NCBI GenBank assembly: GCA_041946805.1
Contig: JBHGBC010000020.1
Coordinates: 1 to 54,033, forward strand
Source: a bacterium
Lineage (GTDB): Bacteria; Hinthialibacterota; Hinthialibacteria; Hinthialibacterales; Hinthialibacteraceae
Reading direction: 5' to 3'
Length of the DNA: 54,033 nt
Within the stretch, counting starts at the first letter, position 1; each line of letters opens with the position of its first letter. Shown one piece after another: positions 37,293-48,518 of this stretch. The notes below the pieces were generated by a model. That model made no database searches and had not been told where the DNA came from. It saw nothing but the letters and a program-made list of their open reading frames with translations. A program made the translations under genes and the position numbers.

Positions 37293-40200
37293 TCAATGCC
37301 AGATCCAGTGGGGCACGCGGGTTTGGGAGGTGTTGAGGAGCAGCACGAGTTCCTTGGAAAAATCGTCCAGGAACACGATATCGAGCCAGCCGTCGCGGTT
37401 GAGATCGAGGGTTCCCAGGCGCAAGGAGGAGAAGGGGCTGCTGAGCCGGTCGGTGACGAAAGTCGCCGCCTCGGTGAATTCGCCCGGATTGTCGCCGCAC
37501 AAGACGCTGATCTGCTCGTAGCTGCTGCCGCCGCTGCTTTGGCGGCTGACGATCATCAGGTCATTCTTGCCGTCGCGGTCGAGGTCGGAGACCAATACGT
37601 CGTCGTGGATGGCCCGTTCCGTCAGGCGGGCGATCTTGGACTGGTGGAAGCGGCTGCCGTTCGCGGACAAGAGGCGCAACGAGCCGTCAAACGGAACGAC
37701 GAACAAGTCGGCCAGGCCGTCACCGTCCGCGTCCCGTTTGCGGAAGCCGGTCATGTTGTTCCCCTGGATGGTGTCTTCCAGCGGGAAATCCTCGCGGACC
37801 CGGAAGCGGGCGCCTTCCTCGCGCGCGCACACGGTCACCGAGGGATTGCGGGTGGTGAAGAGGAGCAGATCATCGGTCTGACCGTTGCCGGTGTCCATGA
37901 AATCGATGGCTTGCAGGTCCTGGGGAGCCAGGCCTTCGATCGCGAACCGTTGGAAGCTGGGGTCGAGAGTGGCGTCATCGATACGGATCTGAACCAGCGA
38001 GTTGAACCATCCGCCCGCCAGCTCGATGACATAGAGTTCGTCCGAGCGGTTCTGGTCGAGATCGCGGCACACCAGGGGCTGGACGCGCCCGAGGGTGCGC
38101 AGGGGCGAGACATCGATGTAGGGGACTTCGATCTCCACGCGCCGCGAAAACGGCTTCGTCCCGCCGCCGAGGAGGATCACCAGTTTTTCATCCAGGTACG
38201 AGAGAGCGGCGATATCCGGAAAGCCGTCCCCGTTCACGTCGCCGGCGGCCAGGAATTCGATCTCCACGCCGGCGGGGATGAGAGTTTTCCGGAGCGGCTG
38301 ATTCGGATCGCCGGTGGCTTCAAAAAGGAGGACATCCCCCTGGACAGGCGCGCTGGTGAGCACGTCGGGATTGCCGTCCTGGGTCAGGTCTTCCACCAGC
38401 AGGTCGACCGGCCGCGAGCCGATGGCGATGGAGGAGAACTGCTGGATGGAGATGTTGTTCGTGCACAGCACCGTCAGGATCGGCGTGGGGGTGGCCGTGG
38501 GGGTGAAGGTGAAGGTCGGCGTGGGCGGGATCACCGACGGGCTGGGCGTGGGGGTGAAGGTGGCCGTGGGACTCGGGGTGATCGTGGGCGTATAGGTGAA
38601 GGTGGCCGTGGGCGTCTCCGTGGGCGTGGGGACCGGGGTATCCGTGGGCGTCCAGGTCGGCGTATAGGTCGCCGTGGGAGTATTTGTCGGCGTGAACGTT
38701 GGTGAAGGAGTCTCCGTGGGCGTGAACGTCGCCGTCGGCGTAAAGGTCGGTGTAAACGTCTCCGTCGGTGAGAATGTCGGAGTAAACGTCGCCGTTGGGG
38801 TGAAGGTCGGCGTGATCGTCGGCGTGGGACTGGGCGGCGGCGTCGGCGAATAAATGGGGGTGAAGGTCGGCGTAATCGTGGGCGTCCCGGGAGACGTCGG
38901 AGTCGAAGTCGGAACGGGCGGAATGGTATACATCGGCGTCACCGTCGGCGAGGGCGTGAACGTTGCCGTGGGCGAGGGTGTCGGAGAAGGCGTATAGGTC
39001 GGCGACGGCGTGGGCGTGTCGGTCGCGGGCAGCGTCGGCGAGGGACTGGGGGTGTTCGTCGGGGTAAACGTCGGCGTGAAGGTCGGCGTCACGGTCGGTG
39101 TAAACGTGGGGGTGAAGGTCAATGTGGGTGTGCGCGTCGGCGTATGCGTCCGCGTGGGCGTAAAAGTATTGGACGGCGTCGGCGTGATGGTGGGGGTGAA
39201 AGTCGGCGTCGGCGTCGGCGGCACGGGTGTTTCCGTGGGAGTATTGGTGGGTGTAGGTTCCTCGGGATCGACCCACGGATCGGTCCACATGGGTTGGGTC
39301 GCGCTCACGATCACGCTGGGGCTGTTGTATCCCCACCGCGTCAACGCCACATAGCGGGCCTTGTTTGTCTTTTGACTGAATTTCAACTTGGTGCTGAGGG
39401 CCATGACGGGATAATAGGGATTCGTGAAGTCGCTTGCCCCGGGATCGGTCACCCAATCCCCGTCAAAATCCCGCCATTTATCATGCTGCTCTTTTGTGAT
39501 GATTTGGGGATTCTCAGATTTCAAGGACAATCCATCATGATTAATTTTATTGAACAAAAGATCGGTGGCACGATTGCCTAAATCGAAATCAAAACCAAAC
39601 AATTCATGATAAGCCGGCTGGAATCCGATCCCGATAAATGTGCTCTCCATCGCTTCCGGCAGGGTGACATATTTATCAAAACTATAGAGTTCAGGGGGAT
39701 AATCTTCCTTTTCCGGATCCGCCCGTTGGAATCCCGTGACCGCCGCGAAATCCTCCGTCAAATCTTCAATCCCATGTAATTTTGGCATCATGGGGAAAAG
39801 ATACCGCGTGACGACAATATCCTCATCCGGAATTTTCTCGATTTTGAAATTGTACTCCTGGACCAACAATATGCTCTTTTGGTAGTCGATATCGCACCAT
39901 GTGACCCACTGGATGAGATCGCAGGCCAAGGGATTATCGTTATTCTCGAGGACGAAGTGGCTTTTATAGACTTCCTTCGGGCGCCACCAATATTCCGTGT
40001 TAGCCACTTTTTCGATTTTCACGGAAGGTTGATAGTTCGTATTCGCGATATCCAATGAACTCAATAAGAAGGTCTTTTTCTCCTTGTACATAAATAACGA
40101 TGAAAAATAGGTCGTATTATACCGTTCATATTCATGGTCTTTGTAAGGCTTGTATAAGGTTCTTAAGTTTTTACCCCCTAAACTATAATCACCTATACTG

Positions 40201-40892
40201 CCATAACTATCCACAACAACATTTATATGATGATCAAAGCCATCGATCCGCGGATTACTCGAAAAGTTTATTTCCTGTTTCTCATCTAACTCGATGATGA
40301 TATAGGCCTCGACAACTTCACCCGCCACTTCCGTGCCTTTTGATAGAAAAACAATGTCCCAATTGAAATAGGGAGGAAGTCCACGTAAATTGCTCAGTTC
40401 GGGTATTTCTTTCGATGTGTAGGTGGTATCAATCCCATTACTGCCGGGAGTCCCGGCCTCATATTCATGCAATTTGACAGTCGGGTCACCCATGCTAGCT
40501 GGGGGATAGAGTTCGATCAGTAGATCTTCCGGCTTGGGGTGAAATAGCTTGATTCTTACCTTTACATTCGCGATCACCTCATCCGTGCCGGCATCGTCGC
40601 CCTCCTGAATCACCGACGCGATCCGAAATCCACGGGGTTCAAATAAATCCCGCGTGAAGGACATGCTGAGGGGCACTTTCGGCCTTCTCACAACGATGGG
40701 ATACGTCTCCTCCCCCGTTTGAGCTGAGGCGGCGGGCAGGAAGAAAAGAACTGCCAGCAAGATCATTGGGGAAAGGATCCCTAAATTTCGATGATCCTTC
40801 CGCTGAACAACAGGTGACGCCAATGCTTTTTTATTCGAAAAAACCAAGGAATGTTTCACACTCGCACACATGTTGGATAGTTGGACCCACAC
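37293..40892 (-). CDS. Large secreted protein: P-domain-like region, unknown domain, Pro/Thr linker, FG-GAP/VCBS repeats
   Basis: Signal-like [16 protein letters not shown] (ATG 40766 is an alternative start); ~260 aa of TPT repeats; DxxxDGxxD repeats ([27 protein letters not shown]). Confidence 0.8.
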   Translation of the reverse strand: MWVQLSNMCASVKHSLVFSNKKALASPVVQRKDHRNLGILSPMILLAVLFFLPAASAQTGEETYPIVVRRPKVPLSMSFTRDLFEPRGFRIASVIQEGDDAGTDEVIANVKVRIKLFHPKPEDLLIELYPPASMGDPTVKLHEYEAGTPGSNGIDTTYTSKEIPELSNLRGLPPYFNWDIVFLSKGTEVAGEVVEAYIIIELDEKQEINFSSNPRIDGFDHHINVVVDSYGSIGDYSLGGKNLRTLYKPYKDHEYERYNTTYFSSLFMYKEKKTFLLSSLDIANTNYQPSVKIEKVANTEYWWRPKEVYKSHFVLENNDNPLACDLIQWVTWCDIDYQKSILLVQEYNFKIEKIPDEDIVVTRYLFPMMPKLHGIEDLTEDFAAVTGFQRADPEKEDYPPELYSFDKYVTLPEAMESTFIGIGFQPAYHELFGFDFDLGNRATDLLFNKINHDGLSLKSENPQIITKEQHDKWRDFDGDWVTDPGASDFTNPYYPVMALSTKLKFSQKTNKARYVALTRWGYNSPSVIVSATQPMWTDPWVDPEEPTPTNTPTETPVPPTPTPTFTPTITPTPSNTFTPTRTHTPTRTPTLTFTPTFTPTVTPTFTPTFTPTNTPSPSPTLPATDTPTPSPTYTPSPTPSPTATFTPSPTVTPMYTIPPVPTSTPTSPGTPTITPTFTPIYSPTPPPSPTPTITPTFTPTATFTPTFSPTETFTPTFTPTATFTPTETPSPTFTPTNTPTATYTPTWTPTDTPVPTPTETPTATFTYTPTITPSPTATFTPTPSPSVIPPTPTFTFTPTATPTPILTVLCTNNISIQQFSSIAIGSRPVDLLVEDLTQDGNPDVLTSAPVQGDVLLFEATGDPNQPLRKTLIPAGVEIEFLAAGDVNGDGFPDIAALSYLDEKLVILLGGGTKPFSRRVEIEVPYIDVSPLRTLGRVQPLVCRDLDQNRSDELYVIELAGGWFNSLVQIRIDDATLDPSFQRFAIEGLAPQDLQAIDFMDTGNGQTDDLLLFTTRNPSVTVCAREEGARFRVREDFPLEDTIQGNNMTGFRKRDADGDGLADLFVVPFDGSLRLLSANGSRFHQSKIARLTERAIHDDVLVSDLDRDGKNDLMIVSRQSSGGSSYEQISVLCGDNPGEFTEAATFVTDRLSSPFSSLRLGTLDLNRDGWLDIVFLDDFSKELVLLLNTSQTRVPHWIWH
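38470..39260 (-). repeat. Coding low-complexity Pro/Thr repeat tract
   Basis: Degenerate GGCGT/GGGGT periodicity encoding (T/S)PT repeats. Confidence 0.9.
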
Positions 40893-41256
40893 CGCGGCAA
40901 CACCCTGGAGTAACCCCGTTCATGAAATCAGGATGACCGCCTTTTCGCCACCGAAAAGCCCCTCGCTTCGTCCCAGGGCCGCGTCCGGAAACGGACCTGG
41001 CCTTATCAGTCATGCCATACGGATGCCGATGCGAAATTTCCCTCCGGCAAGCGGTCCCCGCCCGCCTGCCGATCCATACTCACCAGTTTATCATCGAACG
41101 CGAAATATGACCACTAAATCTCTTGCCGGGAAACAGTTCGACGCGGCAACCTCATGTCGATTCTCGATTTACGGAGCACCAGATTACCCTCTCCCGCGGG
41201 GGAGCGCCAGGGGTTTTACCCCTGGCGAAGATGAGGCCGCCCCCACGGGGCTTTTT

Positions 41257-41373
41257 CCCCTCACCCTGGCCCTCTCCCAAAGGGAGAGGGAATTTTGGGT
41301 TGGTTTTCATCGATCACTTCGAAGAGATTCGAACCGGCGAACTGAAAAAAAGTACGCATTTGTCGGTTGAGCC
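41257..41373. mobile_element. Partial MITE copy (hairpin plus one TIR)
   Basis: CCCTCACCCTGGCCCTCTCCCAAAGGGAGAGGGAATT...AAAAGTACGCATTTGTCGGTTGAGCC, matching the right half of 43915-44124. Confidence 0.65.
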
Positions 41374-41399
41374 AAAAAAAAAGCGGGGTTGCCCCGCTT
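41374..41399 (-). terminator. Intrinsic terminator of the VIT-vWA gene
   Basis: Minus strand AAGCGGGG-caa-CCCCGC followed by a T9 run. Confidence 0.75.
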
Positions 41400-41463
41400 G
41401 CAGAGAAAAATGAAGATCGTGTGTGAAGGATCTTATTGCCGGGATGGCTTTCTGGCTTGGTCA

Positions 41464-43737
41464 TCAGCCTCGCAAGGATGCCAACTGTTCCTCGGTCAGT
41501 TTTTCCTCGCCGTTCTCGGTGATCTGAATCATCTGGCCTTTATGGACGAATGAGATTTCCGCGCCCATCGCCAGGATTTTGGAAATTTCCGGAGACAGTT
41601 CCGCCAGTTGGAAGTACGCGTCACTGTAGGGCTTCACCTTGAGGATGGTTTTCTTCTCGTCGAACTGGGTGGAGACCCAGGCGGTCCCGCGTTGGAAGAA
41701 GGCCTGTTTTCCGGCGTACCGCACGCCTTGGATCTTCTCCACTTTCTTTTGACTTTCCTCGTCGTAGCGGAACATCACGTTTTGGCTCGAAAGCGACTCG
41801 GCGCGCTGGAGTTGGTTCTGCAGCACTTCGGATTCCACCACGGCCTCCTTGCCGACCGATTCCGACAAGGGGCGCGCCGCCGTACTCCCGGCCATGCCGA
41901 AGCCGCTGAAGAACCGGCCGGCGCTGGGGGCGGCGCTGTCCGTTTGGCTCAACCGGGACCGCCGCTCGGCGGGAGCCGTTGGTTGCAGGGCGAGGGGGAG
42001 ATCTTCCTTGACCAGGAACGAGGTGTACTCGGTCAGGATGCCGTATTTCTGGCTCAGTTCGATGATCTCGTCCTGCAGTTCCTTGTTTTGTCCGTTCATG
42101 CGGATTTCATTCATCAGGTAGCCGATCCGCCGGGCGGCCCACAGCCGGGGGATGTATTCCAGGCTGGTGTTGTCCTTGGTGAAGGAAAATTCCTCGGAGA
42201 ATTTCTCTTCTTTCCCCGCCACCCGGCCGGAAAGCGTCACTTTCGCGTTGCCGCCCTCTTCGTAGCGGCCCAAAACGACAAGCTGCGAACCGCTGAACAG
42301 GTCGGGCAGTTCCTTGGGATAAATCTTGCTGACCTCCAGGCCGCCGAAGTCGAGTTCCAGGCCGGACAGCACAGGATCGGCGATCTTGGAATACAGGGAC
42401 GAAACGGAGACTTCGATGTCCTCCTTGGGTTTCACGTAGGTGGCCATGCCCTTGTTTTTCTGGGAAATCTCATCCAGCAGGGCGGTGTTGACATCGAAAC
42501 CCACACCGAAGGCGAAAATCCGGCTTTTGGCTTCGTTCCATTCCTTGACGTGAGCTAGAATTTCCTTGATATCCCGTTCGCCGACCGTGGGCCGGCCATC
42601 GGTAAGGAACAGGACATAGGCGGGGCGGGAACTCTCATCCACCAGGCGGAGCGCGGTTTTCAGGGCGCCGTCGATGTTGGTTCCCCCGCTGGCGCCGATA
42701 TCCTTGATCTTCTGGCAGATGGATTCGATATCCTCCTTCGCCGCGGCGGTGAGATCCTTGGTTAGTTGTTCGATTTCATCGCTGAAAATGATGACCGCGA
42801 ACCGGTCTTCCTTGTTCAGGCTGCGGACGCAGAATTCGAGGGCTTCCTTGGCCTGTTCGATCTTGTCGTTGCTCTTCATGCTGCCCGATTTATCGAGCAC
42901 GAAGATCACGTCCTTGGGATTGACGCTCTCCGGCTTGGGAATCTCGGGAGCGGCCAGCAGGAGGAAGAAACCATCCTTGTCTTCATCCTTGAAGGTCAGC
43001 ACATCCAGTCCGATGGGATCGGTGGAAACGGTATAAATCAGTTGGAAGTCATTATCCGGCGTGACGTTTTCATCGCTGTACTTGAGATGCGCCTTGAAGT
43101 TAGTGTCCCGTTCGATTTTGACTTCATGGCTGGGCGAATAAATATTGCGGATCGGGGTGTTGGAGGAAAGATCGACCTTGATTTCGATGTAATCGATGGG
43201 CTTCTTGCAGATCTTTTCCGTGGCCAGGGCGTATTGATAGCGGCAGACTCCCCGGTCGTAGGGCAGAATCTCTTCGTAGCGGATTTCGATCTTCTTGGTT
43301 TTTTCCGGTTCGATGGGGAAGATACGGGCCTGGATCAATCCCTTGCCGGAAAAGGATAAGATCCCGGGATCTCGTTGTTTGCGGACGATGGATTGATAAA
43401 TGCTTTCCGCCTTGTTCTTATCCAAGACCTCGGCTTTGACCTGCTCGCCGTCCACCTCCAGGGTGAACTTGGAGATGTTGGCCCCTTCGGGAACCGCCAG
43501 CATGTAGGTACCCTCGAGCCGCTGCTTGTGGGGGTTGAAGAAAACCTGCTCGATATGGGTGACGGCCACTTGTTCCTGGATCGTGGTCTGGATTTTGTAA
43601 CTTTGGATGGGCAACGAGGGGCCGGTGGGCATCCGCTCGGGCGGCTCGGGGATGATTAGGCCTTGCGCCATGACGGACGGGGCCAGCGTGAGGAGTATGC
43701 CAAGTACCAGCGCGGAAAACGGGAATCGTTTTGACAT
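41464..43737 (-). CDS. Secreted VIT plus von Willebrand factor A domain protein
   Basis: Signal peptide; VIT (QVFFNP..LEGTY), MIDAS DKSGSM, GGTNI, FLTDG, FGVG. Confidence 0.9.
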   Translation of the reverse strand: MSKRFPFSALVLGILLTLAPSVMAQGLIIPEPPERMPTGPSLPIQSYKIQTTIQEQVAVTHIEQVFFNPHKQRLEGTYMLAVPEGANISKFTLEVDGEQVKAEVLDKNKAESIYQSIVRKQRDPGILSFSGKGLIQARIFPIEPEKTKKIEIRYEEILPYDRGVCRYQYALATEKICKKPIDYIEIKVDLSSNTPIRNIYSPSHEVKIERDTNFKAHLKYSDENVTPDNDFQLIYTVSTDPIGLDVLTFKDEDKDGFFLLLAAPEIPKPESVNPKDVIFVLDKSGSMKSNDKIEQAKEALEFCVRSLNKEDRFAVIIFSDEIEQLTKDLTAAAKEDIESICQKIKDIGASGGTNIDGALKTALRLVDESSRPAYVLFLTDGRPTVGERDIKEILAHVKEWNEAKSRIFAFGVGFDVNTALLDEISQKNKGMATYVKPKEDIEVSVSSLYSKIADPVLSGLELDFGGLEVSKIYPKELPDLFSGSQLVVLGRYEEGGNAKVTLSGRVAGKEEKFSEEFSFTKDNTSLEYIPRLWAARRIGYLMNEIRMNGQNKELQDEIIELSQKYGILTEYTSFLVKEDLPLALQPTAPAERRSRLSQTDSAAPSAGRFFSGFGMAGSTAARPLSESVGKEAVVESEVLQNQLQRAESLSSQNVMFRYDEESQKKVEKIQGVRYAGKQAFFQRGTAWVSTQFDEKKTILKVKPYSDAYFQLAELSPEISKILAMGAEISFVHKGQMIQITENGEEKLTEEQLASLRG

Positions 43738-43914
43738 CGGTTTATCCTCCCGGATTCGAATTGGCTTTCCCTTAATAAAACGTATAGTGAGGCAAATGGT
43801 TTGATACTATTTCATCGTCGCGGCGCGGAGATGTGTCTGAATCAGGATGGTCAGGATCTTGGTACTTGGCGAAAAGGTACCCCCAATGTCAAGACAAAAA
43901 AACGAGAAAATTAA

Positions 43915-44124
43915 GGCTCATCCGGCAAGTGCGTACTTGCTGGTCAAAAAGGGATTTCATCCACTCGATGATGCGGGCGGACACCCAGGTCCACCCCTGC
44001 AAAAAATCCCTCACCCTAGCCCTCTCCCAGAGGGAGAGGGAATTAGGGGTTGATCTCCCCGGCTAGCCTGATGAAATAGAGGCCGGATATGCTTGGTAAA
44101 AAGTACGCAGTTGCCGGATGAACC
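43915..44124. mobile_element. MITE copy 2 (210 bp) with intact TIRs and 8-bp target duplication
   Basis: GGCTCATCCGGCAAGTGCGTAC ... GTACGCAGTTGCCGGATGAACC; AAAATTAA at 43907-43914 and 44125-44132. Confidence 0.85.
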
Positions 44125-44129
44125 AAAAT

Positions 44130-45128
44130 TAAGGTGGAACCGGGCCGGCCTGAATCAGGACGTATAAAATCCCGTTCCCGGGGGGCCGGCGTGGGGCAAA
44201 GGAAGGAGGGCACAGCCCGGCTGCAGTAGAATCCCGCCGCTTGATTGCATTTCCGAGCCTTTCTCCTTTCCCTTCTCCTTGGTTTACGCTGCTGACCGGC
44301 CGGCGCTCTCGTAAATCCACCGGGAAGGACAATAATCCAACGCCGGATGCAGGCGCTGGTTGTTGTAAAACTCGAAGTACCGCTGCAATGCCGCCCCGCA
44401 ATCCGCCAGACTTTCGTACTCGTGCAGATACACCTCCCCGTATTTCATGCTGCGCCAGAAATGCTCGATGAAAATGTTGTCGAACACTTAGCCCGTGAAT
44501 TCCTGGCTGGTATACTGCACGCCTGGGCCGCTGTTGAAGATCTCCGGCCGGCCTCGCCGCAGAGCCCTCTCCAATGCCTCCAGGCAGAACTTCGTGTCCA
44601 GGCTCCCCGATATTTTCCATGAAAACACAACCGGCCGTGCCAATCCATTACCGCCACCAGATAGACCAATCCGTGCACCACACCGGGTTGGGATGCCCGA
44701 TCCGCCAATCCGCCGATAAATACGGGTTTATGCGCGCTCCCGGTTTCCCGCGGCTCCTCAACCGAGCCACGGTACTTTTTTTTCAACCAGTCCAACTCCA
44801 CTTTCAATTGCCCGATCTGCCGGTACAACTCGTCGATCAAGGCCTCCTGCTTCCGTTCCCGGGACTCCCCATTCCAGCTGAACGCCTGGGGGATGATCCC
44901 CAGGACTTTCTTTATCCATGGAGTGATCTGGTTGGGAACGATCCTGGTTTGACTGGCGAGCTCGCTGAAGGTTTTCTCCCCCCCCGCACCGCTTCCAACG
45001 CGACTTTTCCCTTGAAATGGATATCGAATCGCTGCCGGATTCTGGTCATGAAGGAAATCCTCCAGGCCTGCTCCCGGCCTGCCGTTTTTCCATCATAATC
45101 TGCTGTCTGAATTTTGGGGGGCATTATA
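44130..45128 (-). mobile_element. Degenerate IS3-family insertion sequence (transposase pseudogene)
   Basis: OrfA pieces FKGKVALEA and ELYRQIGQLKVELDWLKKK; OrfB pieces YLVAVMDW and DNIFIEHFWRSMKY..YNNQRLH; frameshifts and internal deletion; end positions approximate. Confidence 0.85.
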
Positions 45129-45315
45129 AGAAAGAGACTTCTTCCCGCGCGGCGGCTAGGGGAAAAACATGATTCGCGCGCGTGTTGTCCAACGGAAAAA
45201 AAACTGAATCTTCGCAGAACCAAGAAGTAAGATGATTGGCGGGATCAAGGATTCAAAATGAGAAGGGACAACAGTCAAAGGACTAGAGGCAGTTATTTTT
45301 GATCCTTTTCGTCCT

Positions 45316-46143
45316 TTAGGTCCTCTTCAATTCACTCCCTTCCTTGTCCGCCAGCAGAGTGGCCTCGCCCACGCGGCATTCGATCAGCCGATTCTCTTCC
45401 AGGCGCACAGTGACGGTATTCTTGACGTAATTGTATTGTTCGAGCACGCCGGTTCCGTGGGGGGTTTCCACCCGCGCGCCGTAGGCGGGCACGCCGCGCC
45501 GGGCCTCGACGTAATCGTCCACTTCGTACGACAGGCAGCACATCAGCCGTCCGCAGAGGCCTGAGATCTTGGTGGGATTGAGCGCCAGGTTTTGTTCCTT
45601 GGCCATGCGGATGGTGATGGGCTCGAACTTTTGCAGGAAGCGTGAGCAACATAGTTCCTGTCCGCAGATGCCGTATCCGCCGAGTTTCTTGGACCGGTCA
45701 CGCACGCCGATCTGGCGCATTTCGATGCGGGTGCGGTACGCGGAAGCCAGGTCCTTGACCAACTCGCGGAAGTCGATGCGGTTGTCGGCGGTGAAGAAGA
45801 AGCGCATCTTCTTTCCGTCGAAAGAGCGCTCGACAGCGGCCAGAGCCATGGGCAGCTGGCGCTCGCGGACCTTCTCGAGGCAAAAACGGAAAGCCTCGCG
45901 CTCGATGACGCGGTTGGCGCGGACCACCTCGAAATCCTCAGCTTGCGCGGGACCCAGAACGAAAGCCTCGGCCTCGGGGGGCAACGTTTCTTCCCACGCA
46001 TACGGGGGGGATTTCACCTTGGCGAATTCCCGGTCGCCGTCCAATTCGGCCAGGCAGTACGACGGCGGCCGCAGGTCCAGGGGCGCCTCGCGAAAACGGG
46101 CGGTCATGCGCCGGTCACGAATTTTGATATCGATCACATCCAT
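45316..46143 (-). CDS. PSP1/YaaT (RicT)-family protein
   Basis: RIDFRELVKDLA, RIEMRQIGVRD, GICGQELCC, MAKEQNLALNPTKISGLCGRLMCCL. Confidence 0.92.
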   Translation of the reverse strand: MDVIDIKIRDRRMTARFREAPLDLRPPSYCLAELDGDREFAKVKSPPYAWEETLPPEAEAFVLGPAQAEDFEVVRANRVIEREAFRFCLEKVRERQLPMALAAVERSFDGKKMRFFFTADNRIDFRELVKDLASAYRTRIEMRQIGVRDRSKKLGGYGICGQELCCSRFLQKFEPITIRMAKEQNLALNPTKISGLCGRLMCCLSYEVDDYVEARRGVPAYGARVETPHGTGVLEQYNYVKNTVTVRLEENRLIECRVGEATLLADKEGSELKRT

Positions 46144-46429
46144 CCTGTTATTCCCGGTCAACGATTTCACCCGAATCAGCCCAATCAGGCCGCCGGAACC
46201 GCGGGAAGGCCGCAATCGGCCGGGAGTCGAGAATAGGAAGGTCCAGGGGCGGCCGGGGGGAATCGGGATTTTAATATGGGATAGGGTACCACGATATTCC
46301 ATAAATCAAAGATTCCCGCCGTGGGATGGACACGGCCTTCCAGTCTCCAGAACGGGCGTTCACTGGAACCTGCGCCGCCGCCTGCTATAATTCTTCACTA
46401 TTCTACGCACGAAATTGGATTTCACGACG

Positions 46430-47821
46430 ATGCAGCCATTCGATTACAGCAGGCCTACACCCAAGGAGACGCAAATTCCCAACCGGGTCTTGAAATACCA
46501 TCTGACTTCACTCGGGTGCCCGAAAAACCTGGTCGAAAGCGAGGAGATGATGGCCCGGCTGGCCCTGTCCGGCATGGTGCTGGTGCACGATCCGGAGGAG
46601 GCGGACCTGCTGGTCGTGAACACCTGCGGCTTTATCGGACCGGCCAAGGAAGAGTCGATCGACGTGATCCTGGACCTGTGCCGCATCCGTCAGGAAAATC
46701 CCTGGCAGCGGTTGGTGGTGGTCGGCTGCCTGGTGCAGCGCTACCGGAAGGAATTGCGGGAGGAACTGCCGGAAGTGGATGCCTTCGTGGGCGTGGAAGA
46801 CAAGGAAGCCTTTCTCCAGGTGGCCTGGGAGGCGGTGGGGCAAAAACCCGTGAACGTGTACCAGTCCCCGTTTCCCTACGCGCCCCGCTTGTTGACCACG
46901 CCTCCGCACATGGCTTACCTGCGCATCTCGGACGGCTGTTTCCACAACTGCAGCTTTTGCGCGATTCCCGCCATGCGCGGCACGCTGCGTTCGCGGCCGT
47001 TGGAAGAGATTGTGGCCGAAGCCAAGGGTCTCGCCGCGGGCGGCGTCAAGGAACTGGTTATCATCTCGCAGGACACCACCTCGTATGGGATTGACCTCTA
47101 TAAGCGCCTGGCTATCACGGACCTGCTGGCCCGGCTGGAAGAGATCGATGGCATCGAGTGGATCCGCCTGATGTATCTCTATCCCCATTTGATCGACCGC
47201 CGTTTGGTCCATTTTTTCGCCCGCAGCGAAAAACTCGTTTCTTACGTGGATATGCCCATCCAACATGGTGATTCCACCATCTTGAAATTGATGAAACGGG
47301 GCGCCACCGATGTGCATATCAACCGGGCAGTGCAACGGCTGCGGGACGTCCGGCCCAACATGACCTTCCGCACCACGGTGATCGTGGGCTTTCCGGGTGA
47401 AAAGAACCACCATTTTCAAAACCTGATGAACCTGTTGATGGAACTGGATTTCGACCGCGTGGGAGCCTTCATGTATTCCCGCGAGGAAGGAACCGAAGCC
47501 GCTTCATTGCCCAACCATGTGTCGGACCGGATCAAGGAAAAACGCTACCGCACCGTGATCGATTGGGCCTCGGAACGGGCGCTGGCCAAGAACGAACGGA
47601 TGATCGGCGGCATACTCACCGTGTTGATCGACCGTCCCGATCCGGAAGGGGACGGCTACTGGGGACGCTACCAGGGCCAAGCCCCGGACATCGACGGCCA
47701 AGTACAGGTGCGGGGCGACAAACTGATCACAGGCCGCTTCGCCCCGGTGCGCATCACCGCGGCCGATGAAGAAAACCTGTACGGGTACGTCAATACCGAC
47801 ATTGCCATCGTCCGCGAATAA
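46430..47821 (+). CDS. rimO: Ribosomal protein S12 methylthiotransferase RimO
   Basis: SLGCPKNLVES, NTCGFI, CFHNCSFC radical SAM motif, WIRLMYLYP, APDIDG TRAM domain. Confidence 0.95.
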   Translation: MQPFDYSRPTPKETQIPNRVLKYHLTSLGCPKNLVESEEMMARLALSGMVLVHDPEEADLLVVNTCGFIGPAKEESIDVILDLCRIRQENPWQRLVVVGCLVQRYRKELREELPEVDAFVGVEDKEAFLQVAWEAVGQKPVNVYQSPFPYAPRLLTTPPHMAYLRISDGCFHNCSFCAIPAMRGTLRSRPLEEIVAEAKGLAAGGVKELVIISQDTTSYGIDLYKRLAITDLLARLEEIDGIEWIRLMYLYPHLIDRRLVHFFARSEKLVSYVDMPIQHGDSTILKLMKRGATDVHINRAVQRLRDVRPNMTFRTTVIVGFPGEKNHHFQNLMNLLMELDFDRVGAFMYSREEGTEAASLPNHVSDRIKEKRYRTVIDWASERALAKNERMIGGILTVLIDRPDPEGDGYWGRYQGQAPDIDGQVQVRGDKLITGRFAPVRITAADEENLYGYVNTDIAIVRE

Positions 47822-47831
47822 GGATTCTCCC

Positions 47832-48332
47832 TTGAAATCACTCCCCCCCCAATGGATAAACGCTTCGTGGGCGCAAAAAACGGCCTATTTCATTTCGACC
47901 ACCGCATGCACCGGACACTTGCCGGTATCGGGCACCTGGGGCGCGCTGGTGGCCTGGGCGTTGCACACCTTCCTATTTCCCCGCGCTTTGACCTGGACCC
48001 ATTGGTCCACGGCGGTGGCGGTGCTGATCGGCGTAACGGCAGTGGGGACGGTCTGCGCCGAACTCACTGAACAGCTGACCGGCGTCAAGGACGATTCCCG
48101 GGTGAATGTGGACGAAGTGGCCGGATATTTTTGGGCCGTGTTGTTTTTACCCGCGGGTTGGCAATACACGGTTCCCGCGTTTTTCCTGGCGCGGATTTTC
48201 GATATTCTGAAGCCCCCCCCGGCCTACCGGTTTCAAAACCTGCACGGGGGCGTGGGGATCATGCTCGACGACCTGATCGCCAGCTTGTACGCGCTGGGAG
48301 TGATGCATGGGATATGCTATTGGCTTTCCTGA
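47832..48332 (+). CDS. pgpA: Phosphatidylglycerophosphatase A
   Basis: SGTWG, KDDSRVNVDEVAG, RIFDILKP, GGVGIMLDDLIA; TTG start after TAAGGA. Confidence 0.9.
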   Translation: MKSLPPQWINASWAQKTAYFISTTACTGHLPVSGTWGALVAWALHTFLFPRALTWTHWSTAVAVLIGVTAVGTVCAELTEQLTGVKDDSRVNVDEVAGYFWAVLFLPAGWQYTVPAFFLARIFDILKPPPAYRFQNLHGGVGIMLDDLIASLYALGVMHGICYWLS

Positions 48333-48444
48333 ATACTGTTGTGGTTACGCGCTCAAACCCCGCCGGTGGCCGTTCCAAAAGACTTGCCCGGCGAGGAGAT
48401 GGGGTTATAATTCATCCGTCTCGAGAAAATCCAAAGAGACCAAC

Positions 48445-48518
48445 GCGCCGGTGGCTCAATTGGATAGAGCACCTGACTACGGATCAGGAGGTTACAGGTT
48501 CAAGTCCTGTCCGGCGTA
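48445..48518 (+). tRNA. tRNA-Arg (ACG), CCA not encoded
   Basis: Cloverleaf GCGCCGG/CCGGCGT, D arm GCTC/GAGC, anticodon arm CCTGA-CTACGGA-TCAGG, T arm ACAGG-TTCAAGT-CCTGT; TATAAT at 48406. Confidence 0.97.

Noticed and set aside
38470..39260. Non-coding repeat array, or the Val/Gly-rich + strand ORFs
   Set aside because: Fully explained by the in-frame Pro/Thr linker of the minus-strand gene
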